A stretch of DNA of 64,000 bases from Eledone cirrhosa (lineage: Eukaryota): positions 211,668,001 through 211,732,000 of the forward strand of contig OZ024743.1 in NCBI GenBank assembly GCA_964016885.1, given 5' to 3'. The position numbers and the translations under genes are program-made. Positions 22,154-35,499 of the stretch are shown piece by piece. Positions within the stretch are counted from its first letter, which is position 1, and every line of letters begins with the position of its first letter. The notes under the pieces were generated by a model, which saw nothing but the letters and a program-made list of their open reading frames with translations, ran no database searches and was not told where the DNA came from.

Positions 22154-25100
22154 CATGTACCAGTAATTACAGATCGATCCCACCACGAGTTCAATGTAAA
22201 CTAACTTACGCTCAACGACTTTGTTGACGTTTAACACGGTTTGGTTCCACAGCCACAACTATTGATTTTACGGAGATATCTTGCTGAAATTCACGCCACA
22301 CATAGCCAATGAGTGTCTGCACATGTACCAGTAATTACAGATCGATCCGACCAGGGGCGGCCAGCCCGCGATTGAAAAGGTAACTCCGCCGGCAAATCGT
22401 CATTTTTGTGATTCGTTTTCTTCGAAGCACACCATTCGCCGGCGGACTTTGTTGACGTTTAACACGGTTTGGTTCCACAGCCACAACTATTGATTTTAAG
22501 GAGATATCTTGCTGAAATTCACGCCACACATAGCCAATGAGTGTCTGCACATGTACCAGTAATTACAGATGGATCCCACCACGGGCGGCCGGCCCGCGAT
22601 TGAAAAGGTTACTCCGCCTGCAAATCGTCATTTTCGGATTCGTTTTCTTCGAAGCACACCATTCGCCGGCGGACTTTGTTGACGTTTAACACGGTTTGGT
22701 TCCACAGCCACAACTATTGATTTTAAGGAGATATCTTGCTGAAATTCACGCCACACATAGCCAATGAGTGTCTGCACATGTACCAGTAATTACAGATGAA
22801 TCCGACCAGGGGCGGCCGGCCCGCGATTGAAAAGGTAACTCCGCCGGCAAATCGTCATTTTTGGATTCGTTTTCTTCGAAGCACACCATTCGCCGGCGGA
22901 CTTTGTTGACGTTTAACACGGTTTGGTTCCACAGCCACAACTATTGATTTTAAGGAGATATCTTGCTGAAATTCACGCCACACATAGCCAATGAGTGTCT
23001 GCACATGTACCAGTAATTACAGATCGATCCGACCAGGGGCGGCCAGCCCGCGATTGAAAAGGTAACTCCGCCGGCAAATCGTCATTTTTGTGATTCGTTT
23101 TCTTCGAAGCACACCATTCGCCGGCGGACTTTGTTGACGTTTAACACGGTTTGGTTCCACAGCCACAACTATTAATTTTAAGGAGATATCTTGCTGAAAT
23201 TCACGCCACACATAGCCAATGAGTGTCTGCACATGTACCAGTAATTACAGATGGATCCCACCACGGGCGGCCGGCCCGCGATTGAAAAGGTTACTCCGCC
23301 TGCAAATCGTCATTTTCGGATTCGTTTTCTTCGAAGCACACCATTCGCCGGCGGACTTCAGCTGCCTCATTTAGCATGGGCAGTTTTTCTTGAAGATCAC
23401 ACCACACACAGCCAATGAGTGTCTGCAGATGTACCAGTAATTAGAGATCGATCCGACCACGGGCGGCCGGCCCACGATCGAGAAAAAGGTAACTCCGCCG
23501 GCAAATCGTCATTTTTGTGATCCGTTTTCTTCGAAGCACACCATTCGCCGCCGGACTTCAGCTGCCTCATTTAGGATGGGCAGTTTTTTTTGAAAATCAC
23601 ACCACACACAACCAATGTGTGTCTGCACATGTACCAGTAATTACAGATCGATCCGACCACGGGCGGCCGGCCCGCGATTGAAAAGGTAACTCCGCCGGCA
23701 AATCGTCCTTTTTGTGATTCGTTTTCTTCGAAGCACACCATTCGCCGCCGAACTTCAGCTGCCTCATTTAGCATGGGCAGTTTTTTTTTTAAATCACACC
23801 ACACACAACCAATGTGTGTCTGCACATGTACCAGTAATTACAGATCGATCCCACCACGAGTTCAATGTAAACTAACTTACGCTCAACGACTTTGTTGACG
23901 TTTAACACGGTTTGGTTCCACAGCCACAACTATTGATTTTACGGAGATATCTTGCTGAAATTCACGCCACACATAGCCAATGAGTGTCTGCACATGTACC
24001 AGTAATTACAGATCGATCCGACCAGGGGCGGCCAGCCCGCGATTGAAAAGGTAACTCCGCCGGCAAATCGTCATTTTTGTGATTCGTTTTCTTCGAAGCA
24101 CACCATTCGCCGGCGGACTTTGTTGACGTTTAACACGGTTTGGTTCCACAGCCACAACTATTGATTTTAAGGAGATATCTTGCTGAAATTCACGCCACAC
24201 ATAGCTAATGAGTGTCTGCACATGTACCAGTAATTACAGATGGATCCCACCACGGGCGGCCGGCCCGCGATTGAAAAGGTTACTCCGCCTGCAAATCGTC
24301 ATTTTCGGATTCGTTTTCTTCGAAGCACACCATTCGCCGGCGGACTTTGTTGACGTTTAACACGGTTTGGTTCCACAGCCACAACTATTGATTTTAAGGA
24401 GATATCTTGCTGAAATTCACGCCACACATAGCCAATGAGTGTCTGCACATGTACCAGTAATTACAGATGAATCCGACCAGGGGCGGCCGGCCCGCGATTG
24501 AAAAGGTAACTCCGCCGGCAAATCGTCATTTTTGGATTCGTTTTCTTCGAAGCACACCATTCGCCGGCGGACTTTGTTGACGTTTAACACGGTTTGGTTC
24601 CACAGCCACAACTATTGATTTTAAGGAGATATCTTGCTGAAATTCACGCCACACATAGCCAATGAGTGTCTGCACATGTACCAGTAATTACAGATCGATC
24701 CGACCAGGGGCGGCCAGCCCGCGATTGAAAAGGTAACTCCGCCGGCAAATCGTCATTTTTGTGATTCGTTTTCTTCGAAGCACACCATTCGCCGGCGGAC
24801 TTTGTTGACGTTTAACACGGTTTGGTTCCACAGCCACAACTATTAATTTTAAGGAGATATCTTGCTGAAATTCACGCCACACATAGCCAATGAGTGTCTG
24901 CACATGTACCAGTAATTACAGATGGATCCCACCACGGGCGGCCGGCCCGCGATTGAAAAGGTTACTCCGCCTGCAAATCGTCATTTTCGGATTCGTTTTC
25001 TTCGAAGCACACCATTCGCCGGCGGACTTCAGCTGCCTCATTTAGCATGGGCAGTTTTTCTTGAAGATCACACCACACACAGCCAATGAGTGTCTGCAGA

Positions 25101-25495
25101 TGTACCAGTAATTAGAGATCGATCCGACCACGGGCGGCCGGCCCACGATCGAGAAAAAGGTAACTCCGCCGGCAAATCGTCATTTTTGTGATCCGTTTTC
25201 TTCGAAGCACACCATTCGCCGCCGGACTTCAGCTGCCTCATTTAGGATGGGCAGTTTTTTTTGAAAATCACACCACACACAACCAATGTGTGTCTGCACA
25301 TGTACCAGTAATTACAGATCGATCCGACCACGGGCGGCCGGCCCGCGATTGAAAAGGTAACTCCGCCGGCAAATCGTCATTTTTGTGATTCGTTTTCTTC
25401 GAAGCACACCATTCGCCGCCGGACTTCAGCTGCCTCATTTAGCATGGGCAGTTTTTTTTTTAAATCACACCACACACAACCAATGTGTGTCTGCA
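22154..25495. repeat. 1671-bp 8-mer tandem duplication rich in R2 monomers
   Basis: ORF offsets 22335->24006, 22746->24417 and 23017->24688 are all 1671. Both copies share 'attaatttta' and 'gatgaatcc'. Confidence 0.87.
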
Positions 25496-25891
25496 CATGT
25501 ACCAGTAATTACAGATCGATCCCACCACGAGTTCAATGTAAACTAACTTACGCTCAACGACTTTGTTGACGTTTAACACGGTTTGGTTCCACAGCCACAA
25601 CTATTGATTTTACGGAGATATCTTGCTGAAATTCACGCCACACATAGCCAATGAGTGTCTGCACATGTACCAGTAATTACAGATCGATCCGACCAGGGGC
25701 GGCCAGCCCGCGATTGAAAAGGTAACTCCGCCGGCAAATCGTCATTTTTGTGATTCGTTTTCTTCGAAGCACACCATTCGCCGGCGGACTTTGTTGACGT
25801 TTAACACGGTTTGGTTCCACAGCCACAACTATTAATTTTAAGGAGATATCTTGCTGAAATTCACGCCACACATAGCCAATGAGTGTCTGCA

Positions 25892-28800
25892 CATGTACCA
25901 GTAATTACAGATGGATCCCACCACGGGCGGCCGGCCTGCGATTGAAAAGGTTACTCCGCCTGCAAATCGTCATTTTCGGATTCGTTTTCTTCGAAGCACA
26001 CCATTCGCCGGCGGACTTCAGCTGCCTCATTTAGCATGGGCAGTTTTTCTTGAAGATCACACCACACACAGCCAATGAGTGTCTGCAGATGTACCAGTAA
26101 TTAGAGATCGATCCGACCACGGGCGGCCGGCCCACGATCGAGAAAAAGGTAACTCCGCCGGCAAATCGTCATTTTTGTGATCCGTTTTCTTCGAAGCACA
26201 CCATTCGCCGCCGGACTTCAGCTGCCTCATTTAGGATGGGCAGTTTTTTTTGAAAATCACACCACACACAACCAATGTGTGTCTGCACATGTACCAGTAA
26301 TTACAGATCGATCCGACCACGGGCGGCCGGCCCGCGATTGAAAAGGTAACTCCGCCGGCAAATCGTCATTTTTGTGATTCGTTTTCTTCGAAGCACACCA
26401 TTCGCCGCCGGACTTCAGCTGCCTCATTTAGCATGGGCAGTTTTTTTTTTAAATCACACCACACACAACCAATGTGTGTCTGCACATGTACCAGTAATTA
26501 CAGATCGATCCCACCACGAGTTCAATGTAAACTAACTTACGCTCAACGACTTTGTTGACGTTTAACACGGTTTGGTTCCACAGCCACAACTATTGATTTT
26601 AAGGAGATATCTTGCTGAAATTCACGCCACACATAGCCAATGAGTGTCTGCACATGTACCAGTAATTACAGATCGATCCGACCAGGGGCGGCCGGCCCGC
26701 GATTGAAAAGGTAACTCCGCCGGCAAATCGTCATTTTTGGATTCGTTTTCTTCGAAGCACACCATTCGCCGGCGGACTTTGTTGACGTTTAACACGGTTT
26801 GGTTCCACAGCCACAACTATTGATTTTAAGGAGATATCTTGCTGAAATTCACGCCACACATAGCCAATGAGTGTCTGCACATGTACCAGTAATTACAGAT
26901 CGATCCGACCACGGGCGGCCGGCCCGCGATTGAAAAGGTAACTCCGCCGGCAAATCGTCATTTTTGTGATCCGTTTTCTTCGAAGCACACCATTCGCCGC
27001 CGGACTTCAGCTGCCTCATTTAGCATGGGCAGTTTTTTTTGAAAATCACACCACACACAACCAATGTGTGTCTGCACATGTACCAGTAATTACAGATCGA
27101 TCCCACCACGGGCGGCCGGCCCACAATCGAAAAGGTTACTCCGCCTGCAAATCGTCATTTTCGGATTCGTTTTCTTCGAAGCACACCATTCGCCGGCGGA
27201 CTTCAGCTGCCTCATTTAGCATGGGCAGTTTTTCTTGAAGATCACACCACACACAGCCAATGAGTGTCTGCACATGTACCAGTAATTAGAGATCGATCCG
27301 ACCACGGGCGGCCGGCCCACGATCGAGAAAAAGGTAACTCCGCCGGCAAATCGTCATTTTTGTGATCCGTTTTCTTCGAAGCACACCATTCGCCGCCGGA
27401 CTTCAGCTGCCTCATTTAGCATGGGCAGTTTTTTTTGAAAATCACACCACACACAACCAATGTGTGTCTGCACATGTACCAGTAATTACAGATCGATCCG
27501 ACCACGGGCGGCCGGCCCGCGATTGAAAAGGTAACTCCGCCGGCAAATCGTCATTTTTGTGATTCGTTTTCTTCGAAGCACACCATTCGCCGCCGGACTT
27601 CAGCTGCCTCATTTAGCATGGGCAGTTTTTTTTGAAAATCACACCACACACAACCAATGTGTGTCTGCACATGTACCAGTAATTACAGATCGATCCCACC
27701 ACGAGTTCAATGTAAACAAACTTACGCTCAACGACTTTGTTGACGTTTAACACGGTTTGGTTCCACAGCCACAACTATTGATTTTACGGAGATATCTTGC
27801 TGAAATTCACGCCACACATAGCCAATGAGTGTCTGCACATGTACCAGTAATTACAGATCGATCCGACCAGGGGCGGCCAGCCCGCGATTGAAAAGGTAAC
27901 TCCGCCGGCAAATCGTCATTTTTGTGATTCGTTTTCTTCGAAGCACACCATTCGCCGGCGGACTTTGTTGACGTTTAACACGGTTTGGTTCCACAGCCAC
28001 AACTATTGATTTTAAGGAGATATCTTGCTGAAATTCACGCCACACATAGCCAATGAGTGTCTGCACATGTACCAGTAATTACAGATGGATCCCACCACGG
28101 GCGGCCGGCCCGCGATTGAAAAGGTTACTCCGCCTGCAAATCGTCATTTTCGGATTCGTTTTCTTCGAAGCACACCATTCGCCGGCGGACTTCAGCTGCC
28201 TCATTTAGCATGGGCAGTTTTTCTTGAAGATCACACCACACACAGCCAATGAGTGTCTGCAGATGTACCAGTAATTAGAGATCGATCCGACCACGGGCGG
28301 CCGGCCCACGATCGAGAAAAAGGTAACTCCGCCGGCAAATCGTCATTTTTGTGATACGTTTTCTTCGAAGCACACCATTCGCCGCCGGACTTCAGCTGCC
28401 TCATTTAGGATGGGCAGTTTTTTTTGAAAATCACACCACACACAACCAATGTGTGTCTGCACATGTACCAGTAATTACAGATCGATCCGACCACGGGCGG
28501 CCGGCCCGCGATTGAAAAGGTAACTCCGCCGGCAAATCGTCATTTTTGTGATTCGTTTTCTTCGAAGCACACCATTCGCCGCCGGACTTCAGCTGCCTCA
28601 TTTAGCATGGGCAGTTTTTTTTTTAAATCACACCACACACAACCAATGTGTGTCTGCACATGTACCAGTAATTACAGATCGATCCCACCACGAGTTCAAT
28701 GTAAACTAACTTACGCTCAACGACTTTGTTGACGTTTAACACGGTTTGGTTCCACAGCCACAACTATTGATTTTAAGGAGATATCTTGCTGAAATTCACG

Positions 28801-30239
28801 CCACACATAGCCAATGAGTGTTTGCACATGTACCAGTAATTACAGATCGATCCGACCAGGGGCGGCCGGCCCGCGATTGAAAAGGTAACTCCGCCGGCAA
28901 ATCGTCATTTTTGGATTCGTTTTCTTCGAAGCACACCATTCGCCGGCGGACTTTGTTGACGTTTAACACGGTTTGGTTCCACAGCCACAACTATTGATTT
29001 TAAAGAGATATCTTGCTGAAATTCACGCCACACATAGCCAATGAGTGTCTGCACATGTACCAGTAATTACAGATCGATCCGACCACGGGCGGCCGGCCCG
29101 CGATTGAAAAGGTAACTCCGCCGGCAAATCGTCATTTTTGTGATCCGTTTTCTTCGAAGCACACCATTCGCCGCCGGACTTCAGCTGCCTCATTTAGCAT
29201 GGGCAGTTTTTTTTGAAAATCACACCACACACAACCAATGTGTGTCTGCACATGTACCAGTAATTACAGATCGATCCCACCACGGGCGGCCGGCCCACAA
29301 TCGAAAAGGTTACTCCGCCTGCAAATCGTCATTTTCGGATTCGTTTTCTTCGAAGCACACCATTCGCCGGCGGACTTCAGCTGCCTCATTTAGCATGGGC
29401 AGTTTTTCTTGAAGATCACACCACACACAGCCAATGAGTGTCTGCACATGTACCAGTAATTAGAGATCGATCCGACCACGGGCGGCCGGCCCACGATCGA
29501 GAAAAAGGTAACTCCGCCGGCAAATCGTCATTTTTGTGATCCGTTTTCTTCGAAGCACACCATTCGGCGCCGGACTTCAGCTGCCTCATTTAGCATGGGC
29601 AGTTTTTTTTGAAAATCACACCACACACAACCAATGTGTGTCTGCACATGTACCAGTAATTACAGATCGATCCGACCACGGGCGGCCGGCCCGCGATTGA
29701 AAAGGTAACTCCGCCGGCAAATCGTCATTTTTGTGATTCGTTTTCTTCGAAGCACACCATTCGCCGCCGGACTTCAGCTGCCTCATTTAGCATGGGCAGT
29801 TTTTTTTGAAAATCACACCACACACAACCAATGTGTGTCTGCACATGTACCAGTAATTACAGATCGATCCCACCACGAGTTCAATGTAAACAAACTTACG
29901 CTCAACGACTTTGTTGACGTTTAACACGGTTTGGTTCCACAGCCACAACTATTGATTTTACGGAGATATCTTGCTGAAATTCACGCCACACATAGCCAAT
30001 GAGTGTCTGCACATGTACCAGTAATTACAGATCGATCCGACCAGGGGCGGCCGGCCCGCGATTGAAAAGGTAACTCCGCCGGCAAATCGTCATTTTTGTG
30101 ATTCGTTTTCTTCGAAGCACACCATTCGCCGGCGGACTTTGTTGACGTTTAACACGGTTTGGTTCCACAGCCACAACTATTGATTTTAAGGAGATATCTT
30201 GCTGAAATTCACGCCACACATAGCCAATGAGTGTCTGCA
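25892..30239. repeat. Two consecutive canonical 2174-bp 11-mer HORs (D2-E-A-B-C227-A'-D1-E-A-B-C228)
   Basis: ORF offsets 26622->28796, 26966->29140, 27559->29733 and 27851->30025 are all 2174. Confidence 0.9.
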
Positions 30240-33200
30240 CATGTACCAGTAATTACAGATCGATCCGACCAGGGGCGGCCAGCCCGCGATTGAAAAGGTA
30301 ACTCCGCCGGCAAATCGTCATTTTTGTGATTCGTTTTCTTCGAAGCACACCATTCGCCGGCGGACTTTGTTGACGTTTAACACGGTTTGGTTCCACAGCC
30401 ACAACTATTAATTTTAAGGAGATATCTTGCTGAAATTCACGCCACACATAGCCAATGAGTGTCTGCACATGTACCAGTAATTACAGATCGATCCGACCAG
30501 GGGCGGCCAGCCCGCGATTGAAAAGGTAACTCCGCCGGCAAATCGTCATTTTTGTGATTCGTTTTCTTCGAAGCACACCATTCGCCGGCGGACTTTGTTT
30601 ACGTTTAACACGGTTTGGTTCCACAGCCACAACTATTGATTTTAAGGAGATATCTTGCTGAAATTCACGCCACACATAGCCAATGAGTGTCTGCACATGT
30701 ACCAGTAATTACAGATGGATCCCACCACGGGCGGCCGGCCCGCGATTGAAAAGGTTACTCCGCCTGCAAATCGTCATTTTCGGATTCGTTTTCTTCGAAG
30801 CACACCATTCGCCGGCGGACTTCAGCTGCCTCATTTAGCATGGGCAGTTTTTCTTGAAGATCACACCACACACAGCCAATGAGTGTCTGCAGATGTACCA
30901 GTAATTAGAGATCGATCCGACCACGGGCGGCCGGCCCACGATCGAGAAAAAGGTAACTCCGCCGGCAAATCGTCATTTTTGTGATACGTTTTCTTCGAAG
31001 CACACCATTCGCCGCCGGACTTCAGCTGCCTCATTTAGGATGGGCAGTTTTTTTTGAAAATCACACCACACACAACCAATGTGTGTCTGCACATGTACCA
31101 GTAATTACAGATCGATCCGACCACGGGCGGCCGGCCCGCGATTGAAAAGGTAACTCCGCCGGCAAATCGTCATTTTTGTGATTCGTTTTCTTCGAAGCAC
31201 ACCATTCGCCGCCGGACTTCAGCTGCCTCATTTAGCATGGGCAGTTTTTTTTTTAAATCACACCACACACAACCAATGTGTGTCTGCACATGTACCAGTA
31301 ATTACAGATCGATCCCACCACGAGTTCAATGTAAACTAACTTACGCTCAACGACTTTGTTGACGTTTAACACGGTTTGGTTCCACAGCCACAACTATTGA
31401 TTTTAAGGAGATATCTTGCTGAAATTCACGCCACACATAGCCAATGAGTGTTTGCACATGTACCAGTAATTACAGATCGATCCGACCAGGGGCGGCCGGC
31501 CCGCGATTGAAAAGGTAACTCCGCCGGCAAATCGTCATTTTTGGATTCGTTTTCTTCGAAGCACACCATTCGCCGGCGGACTTTGTTGACGTTTAACACG
31601 GTTTGGTTCCACAGCCACAACTATTGATTTTAAAGAGATATCTTGCTGAAATTCACGCCACACATAGCCAATGAGTGTCTGCACATGTACCAGTAATTAC
31701 AGATCGATCCGACCACGGGCGGCCGGCCCGCGATTGAAAAGGTAACTCCGCCGGCAAATCGTCATTTTTGTGATCCGTTTTCTTCGAAGCACACCATTCG
31801 CCGCCGGACTTCAGCTGCCTCATTTAGCATGGGCAGTTTTTTTTGAAAATCACACCACACACAACCAATGTGTGTCTGCACATGTACCAGTAATTACAGA
31901 TCGATCCCACCACGGGCGGCCGGCCCACAATCGAAAAGGTTACTCCGCCTGCAAATCGTCATTTTCGGATTCGTTTTCTTCGAAGCACACCATTCGCCGG
32001 CGGACTTCAGCTGCCTCATTTAGCATGGGCAGTTTTTCTTGAAGATCACACCACACACAGCCAATGAGTGTCTGCACATGTACCAGTAATTAGAGATCGA
32101 TCCGACCACGGGCGGCCGGCCCACGATCGAGAAAAAGGTAACTCCGCCGGCAAATCGTCATTTTTGTGATCCGTTTTCTTCGAAGCACACCATTCGGCGC
32201 CGGACTTCAGCTGCCTCATTTAGCATGGGCAGTTTTTTTTGAAAATCACACCACACACAACCAATGTGTGTCTGCACATGTACCAGTAATTACAGATCGA
32301 TCCGACCACGGGCGGCCGGCCCGCGATTGAAAAGGTAACTCCGCCGGCAAATCGTCATTTTTGTGATTCGTTTTCTTCGAAGCACACCATTCGCCGCCGG
32401 ACTTCAGCTGCCTCATTTAGCATGGGCAGTTTTTTTTGAAAATCACACCACACACAACCAATGTGTGTCTGCACATGTACCAGTAATTACAGATCGATCC
32501 CACCACGAGTTCAATGTAAACAAACTTACGCTCAACGACTTTGTTGACGTTTAACACGGTTTGGTTCCACAGCCACAACTATTGATTTTACGGAGATATC
32601 TTGCTGAAATTCACGCCACACATAGCCAATGAGTGTCTGCACATGTACCAGTAATTACAGATCGATCCGACCAGGGGCGGCCGGCCCGCGATTGAAAAGG
32701 TAACTCCGCCGGCAAATCGTCATTTTTGTGATTCGTTTTCTTCGAAGCACACCATTCGCCGGCGGACTTTGTTGACGTTTAACACGGTTTGGTTCCACAG
32801 CCACAACTATTGATTTTAAGGAGATATCTTGCTGAAATTCACGCCACACATAGCCAATGAGTGTCTGCACATGTACCAGTAATTACAGATCGATCCGACC
32901 AGGGGCGGCCAGCCCGCGATTGAAAAGGTAACTCCGCCGGCAAATCGTCATTTTTGTGATTCGTTTTCTTCGAAGCACACCATTCGCCGGCGGACTTTGT
33001 TGACGTTTAACACGGTTTGGTTCCACAGCCACAACTATTAATTTTAAGGAGATATCTTGCTGAAATTCACGCCACACATAGCCAATGAGTGTCTGCACAT
33101 GTACCAGTAATTACAGATCGATCCGACCAGGGGCGGCCAGCCCGCGATTGAAAAGGTAACTCCGCCGGCAAATCGTCATTTTTGTGATTCGTTTTCTTCG

Positions 33201-35499
33201 AAGCACACCATTCGCCGGCGGACTTTGTTGACGTTTAACACGGTTTGGTTCCACAGCCACAACTATTGATTTTAAGGAGATATCTTGCTGAAATTCACGC
33301 CACACATAGCCAATGAGTGTCTGCACATGTACCAGTAATTACAGATGGATCCCACCACGGGCGGCCGGCCCGCGATTGAAAAGGTTACTCCGCCTGCAAA
33401 TCGTCATTTTCGGATTCGTTTTCTTCGAAGCACACCATTCGCCGGCGGACTTCAGCTGCCTCATTTAGCATGGGCAGTTTTTCTTGAAGATCACACCACA
33501 CACAGCCAATGAGTGTCTGCAGATGTACCAGTAATTAGAGATCGATCCGACCACGGGCGGCCGGCCCACGATCGAGAAAAAGGTAACTCCGCCGGCAAAT
33601 CGTCATTTTTGTGATACGTTTTCTTCGAAGCACACCATTCGCCGCCGGACTTCAGCTGCCTCATTTAGGATGGGCAGTTTTTTTTGAAAATCACACCACA
33701 CACAACCAATGTGTGTCTGCACATGTACCAGTAATTACAGATCGATCCGACCACGGGCGGCCGGCCCGCGATTGAAAAGGTAACTCCGCCGGCAAATCGT
33801 CATTTTTGTGATTCGTTTTCTTCGAAGCACACCATTCGCCGCCGGACTTCAGCTGCCTCATTTAGCATGGGCAGTTTTTTTTTTAAATCACACCACACAC
33901 AACCAATGTGTGTCTGCACATGTACCAGTAATTACAGATCGATCCCACCACGAGTTCAATGTAAACTAACTTACGCTCAACGACTTTGTTGACGTTTAAC
34001 ACGGTTTGGTTCCACAGCCACAACTATTGATTTTAAGGAGATATCTTGCTGAAATTCACGCCACACATAGCCAATGAGTGTTTGCACATGTACCAGTAAT
34101 TACAGATCGATCCGACCAGGGGCGGCCGGCCCGCGATTGAAAAGGTAACTCCGCCGGCAAATCGTCATTTTTGGATTCGTTTTCTTCGAAGCACACCATT
34201 CGCCGGCGGACTTTGTTGACGTTTAACACGGTTTGGTTCCACAGCCACAACTATTGATTTTAAAGAGATATCTTGCTGAAATTCACGCCACACATAGCCA
34301 ATGAGTGTCTGCACATGTACCAGTAATTACAGATCGATCCGACCACGGGCGGCCGGCCCGCGATTGAAAAGGTAACTCCGCCGGCAAATCGTCATTTTTG
34401 TGATCCGTTTTCTTCGAAGCACACCATTCGCCGCCGGACTTCAGCTGCCTCATTTAGCATGGGCAGTTTTTTTTGAAAATCACACCACACACAACCAATG
34501 TGTGTCTGCACATGTACCAGTAATTACAGATCGATCCCACCACGGGCGGCCGGCCCACAATCGAAAAGGTTACTCCGCCTGCAAATCGTCATTTTCGGAT
34601 TCGTTTTCTTCGAAGCACACCATTCGCCGGCGGACTTCAGCTGCCTCATTTAGCATGGGCAGTTTTTCTTGAAGATCACACCACACACAGCCAATGAGTG
34701 TCTGCACATGTACCAGTAATTAGAGATCGATCCGACCACGGGCGGCCGGCCCACGATCGAGAAAAAGGTAACTCCGCCGGCAAATCGTCATTTTTGTGAT
34801 CCGTTTTCTTCGAAGCACACCATTCGCCGCCGGACTTCAGCTGCCTCATTTAGCATGGGCAGTTTTTTTTGAAAATCACACCACACACAACCAATGTGTG
34901 TCTGCACATGTACCAGTAATTACAGATCGATCCGACCACGGGCGGCCGGCCCGCGATTGAAAAGGTAACTCCGCCGGCAAATCGTCATTTTTGTGATTCG
35001 TTTTCTTCGAAGCACACCATTCGCCGCCGGACTTCAGCTGCCTCATTTAGCATGGGCAGTTTTTTTTGAAAATCACACCACACACAACCAATGTGTGTCT
35101 GCACATGTACCAGTAATTACAGATCGATCCCACCACGAGTTCAATGTAAACAAACTTACGCTCAACGACTTTGTTGACGTTTAACACGGTTTGGTTCCAC
35201 AGCCACAACTATTGATTTTACGGAGATATCTTGCTGAAATTCACGCCACACATAGCCAATGAGTGTCTGCACATGTACCAGTAATTACAGATCGATCCGA
35301 CCAGGGGCGGCCGGCCCGCGATTGAAAAGGTAACTCCGCCGGCAAATCGTCATTTTTGTGATTCGTTTTCTTCGAAGCACACCATTCGCCGGCGGACTTT
35401 GTTGACGTTTAACACGGTTTGGTTCCACAGCCACAACTATTGATTTTAAGGAGATATCTTGCTGAAATTCACGCCACACATAGCCAATGAGTGTCTGCA
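28066..35499. repeat. 2630-bp 13-mer (11-mer plus two extra C228), about 2.8 tandem copies
   Basis: ORF offsets 28796->31426->34056 and 29140->31770->34400 are 2630. Triple 228-bp spacing occurs at 30025/30253/30481 and 32655/32883/33111. Shared SNVs are 'gtttgcac', 'taaagaga' and 'gtgatacg'. Confidence 0.9.
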
